NCBI GenBank assembly: GCA_965652645.1
Contig: CBFGXE010000003.1
Coordinates: 48,151 to 112,150, forward strand
Length of the DNA: 64,000 nt
Origin: an uncultured bacterium
GTDB lineage: Bacteria; Pseudomonadota; Gammaproteobacteria; Steroidobacterales; Steroidobacteraceae
Direction: 5' to 3'
Positions 1 through 8,491 of the stretch are shown piece by piece. The notes under the pieces are model-generated. The model was not told the origin of the DNA. It worked only from the letters and a program-made list of their open reading frames with translations, and ran no database searches. The first letter of the stretch is position 1. Each line of letters opens with the position of its first letter. Both the position numbers and the translations under genes were made by a program.

Positions 1-7
1 GCTCCCC

Positions 8-1069
8 GTGCCGGCCATCCTGGCCCAGGTGCTGGTGGTGCTGCTGGCGCTGGGCGTGGGCCTGGCCCTGTCACGGCTGCTGCGCCACTGGTTCGCCGGC
101 ACGCGCATGGCCACGCGGCGCCACTGGTCCGCGCGGCTGGCCGAGTTCGTGCTGGTGGTGACGCCCGCGCTGGTGGCCGCCGCCCTGGTGGGCTGGCTGC
201 AGTTCGTCGAGGGCCGGCTCGACGCCATCGACCTGGCGCCGGGCGAGGCGAAATTCTCCGTGTGGGGCCTCATCAAGGCCCTGGTGGTGGTCACGCTGTT
301 CCTCGCCGCCGCCAGCCTGATCTCGCGCACGGTGGAAAGCCGCGTGATGAAGGTGGAGGGCCTGGCGCTGCCCACCCGCATCGGCATCAGCAAGTTCACC
401 TACTTCTTCCTGCTCGGCCTCGGCATCCTGCTGGGCATCAACGCCGCCGGCATCGACCTCACCACGCTGACGGTGCTCACCGGCGCCGTGGGCCTGGGCC
501 TGGGCTTCGGCCTGCAGGCCATCGCCGCGAACTTCGTCAGCGGCTTCGTGCTGCTGATGGACCGCTCGATCAAGCCCGGCGACGTGATCAGCTTCACCGG
601 CATGACCGGCACCAGCACCGAGAACTTCGGCTGGGTGGAGGAACTGCGCGGCCGCTACGTGGTGGTGCGCGACCGCGACGGCGTGGCCACGCTGGTGCCC
701 AACCAGAACGTGATCACCAATCCGGTGATCAACTGGAGCTATTCGGATCCGAAGGTGCGTCTGAAGCTGCCGGTGCGCATCAGCTACGCGGACGACCCGG
801 AAGAGGCGCTGAAGCTGCTGGAAGGGGTGGCCTTCTGCAATCCCCGCGTGCTCGGCGATCCGAAGCCGGTATCGCGGCTGATGGGCTTCGGTGACTCGGG
901 CATCGAGCTGGAATTGCGCTTCTGGATCACCGACCCGCAGGAAGGCGTGAACAACGTGCGCTCGGACGTGAACCGGGCCATCTGGAGGGCGTTCAAGGAG
1001 AACGGCATCACCATTCCGGTGTCGCAGCACGACCTGCGCATGGTCACCGTGCGGGGCGGCGGCGCGTGA
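8..1069 (+). CDS. mechanosensitive ion channel, MscS family
   Basis: 353-aa ORF. N-terminal TM helices are followed by the MscS pore/core block LGLGFGLQAIAANFVSGFVLLMDRSIKPGDVI and the beta-domain GWVEELRGRYVVVRDRDGVATLVPNQNVITNPVINWS. The first codon at 8 is GTG and the frame stays open to the left window edge, so the true start may lie outside the window. Confidence 0.85.
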   Translation: MPAILAQVLVVLLALGVGLALSRLLRHWFAGTRMATRRHWSARLAEFVLVVTPALVAAALVGWLQFVEGRLDAIDLAPGEAKFSVWGLIKALVVVTLFLAAASLISRTVESRVMKVEGLALPTRIGISKFTYFFLLGLGILLGINAAGIDLTTLTVLTGAVGLGLGFGLQAIAANFVSGFVLLMDRSIKPGDVISFTGMTGTSTENFGWVEELRGRYVVVRDRDGVATLVPNQNVITNPVINWSYSDPKVRLKLPVRISYADDPEEALKLLEGVAFCNPRVLGDPKPVSRLMGFGDSGIELELRFWITDPQEGVNNVRSDVNRAIWRAFKENGITIPVSQHDLRMVTVRGGGA

Positions 1070-2598
1070 TGCGCCGCGCCGGCCGCGCCGACACGACCGG
1101 ACTCCCCGACATCATCGACCTGCTGGTCACCGGCGGCGGCATCAATGGCGCGGGCATCGCGCGCGATGCGGCCGGACGCGGGCTGTCGGTGTGCCTGGTG
1201 GAGCAGGATGACCTTGCCTCGCACACCTCCTCCGCCAGCACCAAGCTGGTCCACGGGGGGCTGCGTTACCTGGAGCACGGCGAGCTGCGGCTGGTGCGCG
1301 AATCGCTGGCCGAGCGCGAACGCCTGCTGGCCATCGCCCCGCACATCGTGCGGCCGCTGCGCTTCGTGCTGCCCTATGTCGATGGCCTCAGGCCGCGCTG
1401 GCTGCTGCGGCTGGGCCTGTTCGTCTACGACAACGTGGGCGGGCGCGAGAAGCTGGCTGCCTCGCAGGGCACGCGCCTGGCCGGCACTGTCCTGGGTGCG
1501 CCGCTGCGCGCAGACATCGAGCATGGCTTCGAATATTCGGACTGCTGGGTGGAGGACAGCCGCCTGGTGGTGCTGAACGCGCTGGACGCGGCCGAGCGCG
1601 GCGCGCGCGTGCTGACGCGCACGCGCCTCGTCTCCGCCACGCCGCAGGCCGATGGCTGGCTGGCGAAGCTCAGGGGACCAGATGGCGCCGAAACAACCCT
1701 GCGCTGCCGCGTGCTGGTGAATGCCACCGGCTGCTGGGTGAACGAGGTGCTCGGCCGGCTGGGCGTCGTGCCGCGCCAGCGCCTGCGCCTGGTGAAGGGC
1801 AGCCACCTGGTGCTGCGGCGGCAGTTCGAGGGCACGCACGCCTACCTGCTGCAGGCCCCGGACCGGCGTGTGCTGTTCGCCATTCCCTTCGAGCGCGACT
1901 GGACGCTGGTGGGCACCACCGACGTCCCTTTCGACGGCGACCCGGCGCAAGTCAGGATCGAGGCCGCCGAACAGGAATACCTGCTGGCCGGCCTCAACCG
2001 CTTCCTGCGCCGGCCTGCATCCGCGGCCGACGTGGTGGCCACCTACTCCGGCGTGCGCCCGCTGTATGACGATGGCAGCGCGACGGCTGCACAGAAGGTG
2101 TCGCGCGACTATCACCTCGAGTTGCAGCACGGCGCCGGTGGCGCGCCGGTGCTCTCGGTTTACGGCGGCAAGATCACCACCTATCGCCGCCTGGCCGAGG
2201 CCGTCCTGCAGCAGATACTGCCGCTGCTCAGGCGCGAGGACACAGGTGGCTGGACCGACACCGGGGTGCTGCCCGGCGGCGACATCGCCGATGCGGACCT
2301 TGCATCCTTCACCGCCCGCTCGCGCGAGCGCTGGCCCGGCATGCCGCCGGCGCTGGTGGACCGGCTCGCCCGGCTCTATGGCACCCGCATGGCACGCATC
2401 CTGGGCGGTGCGCAGACCGTGGACCAGCTCGGGCAGCACTTCGGCGCCACGCTCACCATCGCGGAGGTGCGCTACCTGGTGGAGCAGGAATGGGCGCGCG
2501 GTGCCGGGGACATCCTCTGGCGCCGCACGCGCCTGGGCTATGCCCTGCCCGGCTCAGCCGTGCACTACCTGCAGGATGCTGTGGCGCAGCTGCTCTGA
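1066..2598 (+). CDS. glpD: aerobic glycerol-3-phosphate dehydrogenase (FAD)
   Basis: 510 aa. FAD-binding N-terminus DLLVTGGGINGAGIARDAAGRGLSVCLVEQDDLASHTSSASTKLVHGGLRYLE, with colinear resemblance to GlpD throughout. The start (GTG 1066 or ATG 1069) overlaps the MscS stop (GTGATG). Confidence 0.95.
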   Translation: MMRRAGRADTTGLPDIIDLLVTGGGINGAGIARDAAGRGLSVCLVEQDDLASHTSSASTKLVHGGLRYLEHGELRLVRESLAERERLLAIAPHIVRPLRFVLPYVDGLRPRWLLRLGLFVYDNVGGREKLAASQGTRLAGTVLGAPLRADIEHGFEYSDCWVEDSRLVVLNALDAAERGARVLTRTRLVSATPQADGWLAKLRGPDGAETTLRCRVLVNATGCWVNEVLGRLGVVPRQRLRLVKGSHLVLRRQFEGTHAYLLQAPDRRVLFAIPFERDWTLVGTTDVPFDGDPAQVRIEAAEQEYLLAGLNRFLRRPASAADVVATYSGVRPLYDDGSATAAQKVSRDYHLELQHGAGGAPVLSVYGGKITTYRRLAEAVLQQILPLLRREDTGGWTDTGVLPGGDIADADLASFTARSRERWPGMPPALVDRLARLYGTRMARILGGAQTVDQLGQHFGATLTIAEVRYLVEQEWARGAGDILWRRTRLGYALPGSAVHYLQDAVAQLL

Positions 2599-4989
2599 CA
2601 GCACCAGCTGCGCATCCTCGGCCACGCGTTCCAGCACGTCATCGAATACCAGTCGCCCCTCGGCATCGCCGCGGATCACGCCGCGGCGGCGCAGCTGGGC
2701 CAGGAAACCGTCGAACAGCGTGCGGTCGAAGAACTCCGGCGAGTAGAACCCGTACAGCGTGACGATGCGCCGGGCCATCTGCTGGCAGCGCGCGCCGAGT
2801 TCCGCCTGCGCGATGGTGCCGCTGCCGGCGTGCAGCAGCAGCGCGATCGCCAGGTAATAACGCTGCAGGGTCTGCAGCATGGGCTGCGCCAGCATCGACA
2901 GCTGCACGGCCTCGGCCGCCGCGGCGGCCGGCGCATGCCAGCACTGCGCATCCTGTGCATCCTGGTGCAGCAGCCCGGCGCTGCGCAGGGCGGCAAGCTG
3001 CTCCTGCACCACGGCGGCGATCTCCCCCTCCTCCCAGCGCAGGAAAAGCTCCCCGGACACATAGGGATAGATGCGCCCGGCCAGGCGCAGCACGTCGCTC
3101 GTGCGCAGCGTGGTGTTCGAGAGGAAGCAGCAGGCCAGCAGCGAGGGCAGCGCCACCAGGTGCAGCACGTTGTTGCGGTAGTAGGCCATCGCGGGCGCGT
3201 GCTCGGGGGCCAGCCCCACCGCCTCGGCGGGCAGGCGCACCAGCAGCTGCCGCTCGAAGCCCAGCGCGATGATCTGCCCCGCATCCAGCTCCGTGACGGT
3301 GACGCGTGGCGCATAGGGCGCGGTGCGCAGCAGCCTCAGGTAGACATCGAGCTGGCGTGCCAGGTCGGCCTCGAGCATGGCCTGGCGCGGCGCAGCCAGC
3401 ATGGTGAGGGCCAGCAGGTTGACCGGGGTCACCGCGGCGGCCGCATGGATGTGGCGCATGATGAGGCCGGCCAGCACGTCCACCGCACTGCCCACCGCGG
3501 CCGCGCGTCCCTCCTGGCCCAGCTTGTCGCGCCAGTCCGGCACGTGCGCATCGAGCAGGGGCTGCAGGGGCAGCGGCTCGCCGATGTTCACGTGCACCTG
3601 GCCGAAGTTCTCGCGCAGGCGCTTGAGGCCGCGCAGGAAACCCCACAGGTTCTCCTTCTCCTTCGGCTTGCCCGACAACTCGCCAAGATAGCTGTCGATC
3701 TCCATGATGCGCTCGTAGCCGATGTACACCGGCACGAACACCACGGGACGCACCGGCTGGCGCAGGTAGCTGCGCAGCGTCATCGACAGCATGCCGGTCT
3801 TGGGGGCCAGCGAGCGGCCGCTCCTGCTGCGCCCGCCCTCGATGAAATACTGGATGGGATGGCCGCGCGCCATGATGGCGCCGAGGTAGCGCGTGAACAC
3901 CGCCGAATAGAGCGGGCTGCCGCGGAAGCTGCGGCGCAGGAAGAAGGTGCCGCCCTTGCGCATCATGCGGCCGATCACCGGCAGGTCGAGGTTGATGCCG
4001 GCGGCGATGTGCGGCACCGCGAAGCCATGCGTGTAGATGGCGTAGGGCATCAGCAGGTCATCCATCGTGCTGCGGTGGCAGGGCACGTAGACCAGCTCGC
4101 TGCCGGCGGCGATGTCGGTCAGCGAGTCGATGTGCGACACGTGCACGCCGTCATAGATGCGGGTCCACAGGCGCCTCAGCACGCGCTCCATCATCCGCAC
4201 GAAGACATGCGAGTAGTCGGCGGCGATCTCCTCGAACATCCCCCTGGCCTCAAGCAGCGCCTGCCGGCGGGGGATCTTGCGGTCCCGCGCTTCCTGCGCG
4301 GCGATGGCACGCACGGAGCGGCCGCGCAGCACCTCGGTCATCAGGGTGCGCTGGTGCGAGAGGTCTGGACCGACGTAGGCGGTGCGCGAGGCATCCAGCT
4401 GGCCGGCAAGGTGGCGCGCCACGCGCCGCGCCGCCGGGTTGTCGGCGCGGCCCCCATTGGCCAGCGAGCGCAGCGACACGCCGGGGCCGAACTCCACCAC
4501 GATATTGCGGCCGTTGAGCAGCACTGCCAGCGCGCGACCGATGCCGCCGGAGAGCACCCAGTCCTCCGAGAACAGCAGGCGGAACCAGGAGACGTACTCG
4601 CGCCGCGGCGCGCGGCCCCAGTACACGGCCACCGGCACCAGCAGCACGTCGCGCGCGGGATCCTCTCCCAGTGCGTCGAGCATCTGCCGCAGTTCCGGCG
4701 GCGGCCGGCGGTCGACGCGCCGGCGCCAGAACCCCAGCTTGCGCGTGAGCACCAGCAGCGACTGCAGGCGCAAGCTGCTGCCCGGGAACAGCAGCTTGCG
4801 CGGACGCGGCAGGCCGGCCTGCGCGCAGGCCCGCTGCAGCACGCGCACGTCAAGCGCGCGATGCGCGCCCAGCACGTAGCACACGGGCACGTCGGCCTGC
4901 GCCACGCGCTCGGCCGCGTCGGCGGGCCGCACCGTAAAGCGCAACCAGGGCAGCAGGGTGCCGGTGAACCGGTCCATGGGTCCTTCCAT
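2554..4989 (-). CDS. plsB: glycerol-3-phosphate 1-O-acyltransferase
   Basis: 811 aa, the PlsB size class. Acyltransferase H(X)4D block VPCHRSTMDDLL, followed by FFLRRSF and YFIEGGRSRSGR blocks typical of PlsB. Confidence 0.95.
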   Translation of the reverse strand: MEGPMDRFTGTLLPWLRFTVRPADAAERVAQADVPVCYVLGAHRALDVRVLQRACAQAGLPRPRKLLFPGSSLRLQSLLVLTRKLGFWRRRVDRRPPPELRQMLDALGEDPARDVLLVPVAVYWGRAPRREYVSWFRLLFSEDWVLSGGIGRALAVLLNGRNIVVEFGPGVSLRSLANGGRADNPAARRVARHLAGQLDASRTAYVGPDLSHQRTLMTEVLRGRSVRAIAAQEARDRKIPRRQALLEARGMFEEIAADYSHVFVRMMERVLRRLWTRIYDGVHVSHIDSLTDIAAGSELVYVPCHRSTMDDLLMPYAIYTHGFAVPHIAAGINLDLPVIGRMMRKGGTFFLRRSFRGSPLYSAVFTRYLGAIMARGHPIQYFIEGGRSRSGRSLAPKTGMLSMTLRSYLRQPVRPVVFVPVYIGYERIMEIDSYLGELSGKPKEKENLWGFLRGLKRLRENFGQVHVNIGEPLPLQPLLDAHVPDWRDKLGQEGRAAAVGSAVDVLAGLIMRHIHAAAAVTPVNLLALTMLAAPRQAMLEADLARQLDVYLRLLRTAPYAPRVTVTELDAGQIIALGFERQLLVRLPAEAVGLAPEHAPAMAYYRNNVLHLVALPSLLACCFLSNTTLRTSDVLRLAGRIYPYVSGELFLRWEEGEIAAVVQEQLAALRSAGLLHQDAQDAQCWHAPAAAAAEAVQLSMLAQPMLQTLQRYYLAIALLLHAGSGTIAQAELGARCQQMARRIVTLYGFYSPEFFDRTLFDGFLAQLRRRGVIRGDAEGRLVFDDVLERVAEDAQLVLSEQLRHSILQVVHG

Positions 4990-4994
4990 GGGTG

Positions 4995-5519
4995 TCAGGG
5001 CACGAAGCGGGCGCGGCGCGACTCGACCAGGAAGTACTGGAACAGGTAGCGCAGGAACGGAATCGCCTCGAGCAGGCGGTGGTCGGCCTCGACCATGTGC
5101 AGCGCCAACCGGTTTTCCCTGGCGAAACGCATGCTGTCCTCGTACGGGATCACCGTGTCACGCCAGCCATGCACCAGCGCCACCGGGCAATCCGGCATGC
5201 CATGCTTGAGCGGCGGGACGCCGGGCGCAAGGAGGGCCGGCGCCATCAGGAACACGCCGCCGGCATGCAGGGGCTTCGCCGCAGCCAGCGACACATAGCC
5301 GCCCAGGCCCGCGCCCGCCAGCAGCAGGTGGCCGGAGAAGCCGCGGCAGAACTCGTGCAGCATCTGCACGCGCTCCTCCACGTTGTCGACGCCGCGGTAG
5401 TCCACGGCCGCCACCTCGTAGCCTTCGGCCTCGGCGATCTCGTAGAGGGCACGGATCTTCGTGCCGAAAGGGGTCCCGTCGCGCCCGTGGGAGAACACGA
5501 CATGTCCGGTAGCGCTCAT
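4995..5519 (-). CDS. alpha/beta-hydrolase-fold protein (YqiA-like esterase family), nucleophile serine replaced by glycine
   Basis: 174 aa. VVFSHG oxyanion-type start. The nucleophile-elbow position reads AGAGLGGY instead of G-x-S-x-G-G-Y. Candidate Asp (HGWRDTVIP) and His (VEADHRLL) are retained. Starts 9 nt after the sheath-like gene stop, and its stop is 5 nt before the plsB start. Confidence 0.7.
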   Translation of the reverse strand: MSATGHVVFSHGRDGTPFGTKIRALYEIAEAEGYEVAAVDYRGVDNVEERVQMLHEFCRGFSGHLLLAGAGLGGYVSLAAAKPLHAGGVFLMAPALLAPGVPPLKHGMPDCPVALVHGWRDTVIPYEDSMRFARENRLALHMVEADHRLLEAIPFLRYLFQYFLVESRRARFVP

Positions 5520-5528
5520 GGCGCAATC

Positions 5529-7115
5529 CTACCCGAGCGCGGCGAAGTGATTGAGGCTGACGGCTCGCGAGCGGCTGCCAGCGGGACGGTGCTCCACCAG
5601 CCAGGCAAGGCGCGTGGCCGCATGCGGCGTGTGGTAGCCCCAGATGAGCCGGAACACGCCGGAGGTCAATTCCGCGTGGCCGTTCAACCGCTCATCACAG
5701 ATCACGAACCAGTGCCGCTCGCGCGCGGCATCGCCAAAGGCGCCCAGGCGCGCGTGATGGGCAAGGAACTGCTCCACCTGCCGGCACACGCGCTCGCGGC
5801 TGCGCGCGGTATTGCCCTCCAGGCTCACCCAGCGGGTGCCGCGCTCGATGCTCGCCGCCAGGTACAGCGCCAGGCGCCGCGCCGCCAGCAGTCGCGCATC
5901 CGGACCATTGCCCAGCTCGCCTGCCAGCGTGCAGGGTGCCACGCTGTCGCGGCGCGCCAGGCGCGTGTTGCGCAGTGCGTTCACGCCCAGCTGCGCCAGG
6001 CGCGCGCGCTGCATGCGGTCCACCCACGCCAGTGGCGTGGTGCCCGGCCGGAGCAGCGGCGGCTCCTGTGGACCATCCCATGAGCCGGCAGGTGCATCAC
6101 GCAGCAGCGTGCCGATGGCCGCGGCCGAAGGCGGGAACTCGGCCATGGAGCCGACAAGCCGGTCCGTCGCGGACACGCGCGGGAAGAACATCAGGGCATC
6201 GGCGCTGTGGAAGGGCCAGTCGGCCAGTCCCTCCAGCGCGTCCTCGACGCTGCGCCACTGCCGTGGCGGATCGACCAGCAGCAGCGCCTGGCGCGCACGG
6301 CACAGGCGTGCGCCCACCACCAGCGCGCTCATGCCCACGTCGCGCTCGCGCGAGGGAGGCGGCAGGTAGAGGAAGTTGAACGCGGGCCCGTCGCGCAGGG
6401 CACACAGGCCCGTGCGGTCGGCTTCCGAGCCGATGAGGTCGTAGTCGGAGAGCAGCTCGCCATCATCGCCGTCGCCATTGCACTCGACGTAGCCGATGAG
6501 CGCGCGCGGGTCCGGCCCGCGCGTGACGTCCGGCCGCGTCGAAGGCAGCGGCATGGCCACGCGCACCAGCTGCGAGGCGGCCAGCTTGCGCGTCACTTCG
6601 CGCGCGGAGCCCGGCAGGATGGACACGCGGCGGAAGATCTCCTGCTCCTCCACCAGCTCCGACCCCGGGCGGCGCACCCGCTGCACCACCAGGTTGAAGA
6701 GATCCTGGTCCTGCCGTGCGATGCCATCGTGGTCCACCGAGGCGCGCAGCGCCTCCTGGCGGCCGGGGCTCAGCCCGGTGAGCGTGAGCCGCTCGCGGCC
6801 TGCCGGCAGGTCGATGGTGGGAGCGCGCGCGCCGCTGACGACACGCACGACCACGGCGCGGGCGCCGCCATGCTCGAAGAACTGCTGCACGGAGTGCGGC
6901 AGCAGCGAATCGGTCCACAGGCCGCCGAAGACGCGCTGGAAACGGGCGAAGTCGGTGACGATCACCGGCTCATTGACAGGACCCTTCAGGGTGCGGCCAA
7001 CGAAGGCGACCGTGCCGGTGTCAGCCGGTTCGATGGCCCCGCTGGTTTCTGCGTCGACAAAGGAACCCGGGGCGGCAAGACCGCCGTCGAGACCGGGCCC
7101 CCTGGATGCGGTCAC
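5529..7115 (-). CDS. phage/eCIS contractile tail sheath family protein (divergent, orphan)
   Basis: N-terminal block APGSFVDAETSG..TGTVAFVGRTLKGPVNEPVIVTDFARFQRVFGG. Central and C-terminal blocks MFFPRV, FPPSAAAIGTLLRDA, LAARRLALYLAASIERGTRWVSLEGN, QVEQFLAHHARLGAF and RHWFVICDERLN are colinear with the conserved blocks of sheath proteins such as Afp2-type. The ORF track extends to 7355, but that part is Cys/Arg-rich and overlaps the upstream gene. GTG at 7115 is the only plausible start before the conserved N-terminus. Confidence 0.7.
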   Translation of the reverse strand: MTASRGPGLDGGLAAPGSFVDAETSGAIEPADTGTVAFVGRTLKGPVNEPVIVTDFARFQRVFGGLWTDSLLPHSVQQFFEHGGARAVVVRVVSGARAPTIDLPAGRERLTLTGLSPGRQEALRASVDHDGIARQDQDLFNLVVQRVRRPGSELVEEQEIFRRVSILPGSAREVTRKLAASQLVRVAMPLPSTRPDVTRGPDPRALIGYVECNGDGDDGELLSDYDLIGSEADRTGLCALRDGPAFNFLYLPPPSRERDVGMSALVVGARLCRARQALLLVDPPRQWRSVEDALEGLADWPFHSADALMFFPRVSATDRLVGSMAEFPPSAAAIGTLLRDAPAGSWDGPQEPPLLRPGTTPLAWVDRMQRARLAQLGVNALRNTRLARRDSVAPCTLAGELGNGPDARLLAARRLALYLAASIERGTRWVSLEGNTARSRERVCRQVEQFLAHHARLGAFGDAARERHWFVICDERLNGHAELTSGVFRLIWGYHTPHAATRLAWLVEHRPAGSRSRAVSLNHFAALG

Positions 7116-7119
7116 CGGG

Positions 7120-7254
7120 TCACGGACCTGACCGCGAATCTGCAGGGACCTGACCCTGCCGCTGCTTCTGCTCGGCAGCGGCGCGCGCAGCCTCTTCCTG
7201 CTTGCGGGCGATTTCCCCGAGCATGATGCGCAGCCATTCTGAAAGCTTTGCCAT
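7120..7254 (-). CDS. possible 44-aa leader/small protein (MAKLSEWLRIMLGEIARKQEEAARAAAEQKQRQGQVPADSRSGP)
   Basis: Hand-translated; below the ORF-track size cutoff. ATG at 7254-7252 and TGA at 7122-7120, 4 nt before the sheath-like GTG. No Shine-Dalgarno. 14 of 44 codons end in A/T, more than in neighbouring genes. The start codon lies inside a 7-bp hairpin. Confidence 0.3.
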   Translation of the reverse strand: MAKLSEWLRIMLGEIARKQEEAARAAAEQKQRQGQVPADSRSGP

Positions 7255-7269
7255 GCGGCAAAGTTTAGC

Positions 7270-8445
7270 TCAACTGCGCGGTACCTGTCGCTGTTCGACG
7301 ACGGCAGCCTCGGCCTCGCGCTGCGCCTGCAGCAGGGCCGGATCATCCAGGCCATCCCAGTTGGCGCCCTCGGGCACGCGGTTGTGCACGCGCGGCGCGG
7401 CGGCGACCAGCGTCTCGTCGGTCTGCGTGGGATCGCTCACCGACAGCGTGAGGCCGCGCGGGTCGCCGGCAATTTCGGCCACCCGCTCCCAGTCGATGGT
7501 CTCCTGCCGTTCGGCCAGCAGTTTCTCGATGCGCTTGTTCAGCGTCCTGGAGAGGATCTTCGGCCGCGACTTGCTCCAGTCACGCTTGTCGTCTTCCAGC
7601 ACGTCGAAGGCCTGCAGGTAGAGCTGCCCCTCGTGCCAGCCGAACACATAGGGCTGGTTTACCACCTGCACCTGGGTGCCCGGGCCGATCATCTCGAAGA
7701 AGGCGGCCACGTCTTCCGGATACATGCGGATGCAGCCGTGACTGGTGCGCATGCCCACGCCATAGGGCTTGTTGGTGCCATGGATGAGATAGGTGGGCCA
7801 GCCAAGCGTGAACTTGTGGCGGCCCAGCGGGTTGTCGGGGCCGGCCGGCACCACGGCTGGCAGCGGATCGCCGTTCTTGCGGTGTTCCTCGCGGATGGAG
7901 GCGGTGGGGCGCCAGGCCGGATCCTTCTCCTTCGAGACGATCTTCGTCTTGCCCTCGGGCGTGGACCAACCCACCTTGCCGATGCCGATGGGATGGGTGT
8001 AGACCACCTGCGGCTCGCCCTTCTTCGCCGGCGGGAAATAGAAGATGCGCATCGCGGCCAGGTTGACCACGATGCCCTTGCGCTCGGCCGCGGGCAGCAC
8101 GAACTGCGTGGGCACCACCACCTCGCGCCCCACGCCCGGCAGCCAGGGGTCAACGCCGGGGTTGGCGCGCACGATTTCCTGGTAGCCCACGTTGAAGCGG
8201 CGCGCCACATCGGGCAGCGTGTCGTGCTCGCCGATGATCACCACCTGCACGTGGCCCACCACGTCGTCATCGGGACCGATCTCGAAGCGGTGGGTGGCAA
8301 CGGAGGGCAGCAGCACCGGCGCTGGTGGCGGAGCAGGTTCCACCACTTCGGGCTCGGCGACCACCTCGACGGGCGGGTCGAGCAGCGAGCAGGCGGCGAG
8401 CGATGCGGCCAGCGCGGCCGCCAGGAGGATCGGCTTTCGGCTCAT
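7270..8445 (-). CDS. L,D-transpeptidase lipoprotein with LysM domain (YkuD/ErfK family)
   Basis: Real start at MSRKPILLAAALAASLAACS (lipobox), ATG 8445. LysM-like HDTLPDVARRFNVGYQEIVRANPGVD. YkuD catalytic block GTNKPYGVGMRTSHGCIRMYPEDV. The ORF-track extension to 8766 is non-coding-like. Confidence 0.9.
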   Translation of the reverse strand: MSRKPILLAAALAASLAACSLLDPPVEVVAEPEVVEPAPPPAPVLLPSVATHRFEIGPDDDVVGHVQVVIIGEHDTLPDVARRFNVGYQEIVRANPGVDPWLPGVGREVVVPTQFVLPAAERKGIVVNLAAMRIFYFPPAKKGEPQVVYTHPIGIGKVGWSTPEGKTKIVSKEKDPAWRPTASIREEHRKNGDPLPAVVPAGPDNPLGRHKFTLGWPTYLIHGTNKPYGVGMRTSHGCIRMYPEDVAAFFEMIGPGTQVQVVNQPYVFGWHEGQLYLQAFDVLEDDKRDWSKSRPKILSRTLNKRIEKLLAERQETIDWERVAEIAGDPRGLTLSVSDPTQTDETLVAAAPRVHNRVPEGANWDGLDDPALLQAQREAEAAVVEQRQVPRS

Positions 8446-8491
8446 GGCCGGATTATGGCATGAGCGGCGCGGGATGCAGCCCGGCCTGCTC

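Noticed and set aside
7116-7355. ORF-track start of the sheath-like gene at ATG 7355 (608 aa).
   Set aside because: The extra 80 residues (MAWMIRPCCRRSARPRLPSS...) are Cys/Arg-rich and non-protein-like. They overlap the L,D-transpeptidase 3' end and the 44-codon ORF. The conserved sheath N-terminus begins just after GTG 7115.
5529-8445. Prophage or mobile-element remnant explaining the sheath-like gene.
   Set aside because: There is no integrase, transposase, tRNA, flanking direct repeats or other phage structural genes. I see no visible compositional shift, and the neighbours are housekeeping genes with 4-16 nt spacing. Ancient remnant status cannot be fully excluded without comparative data.
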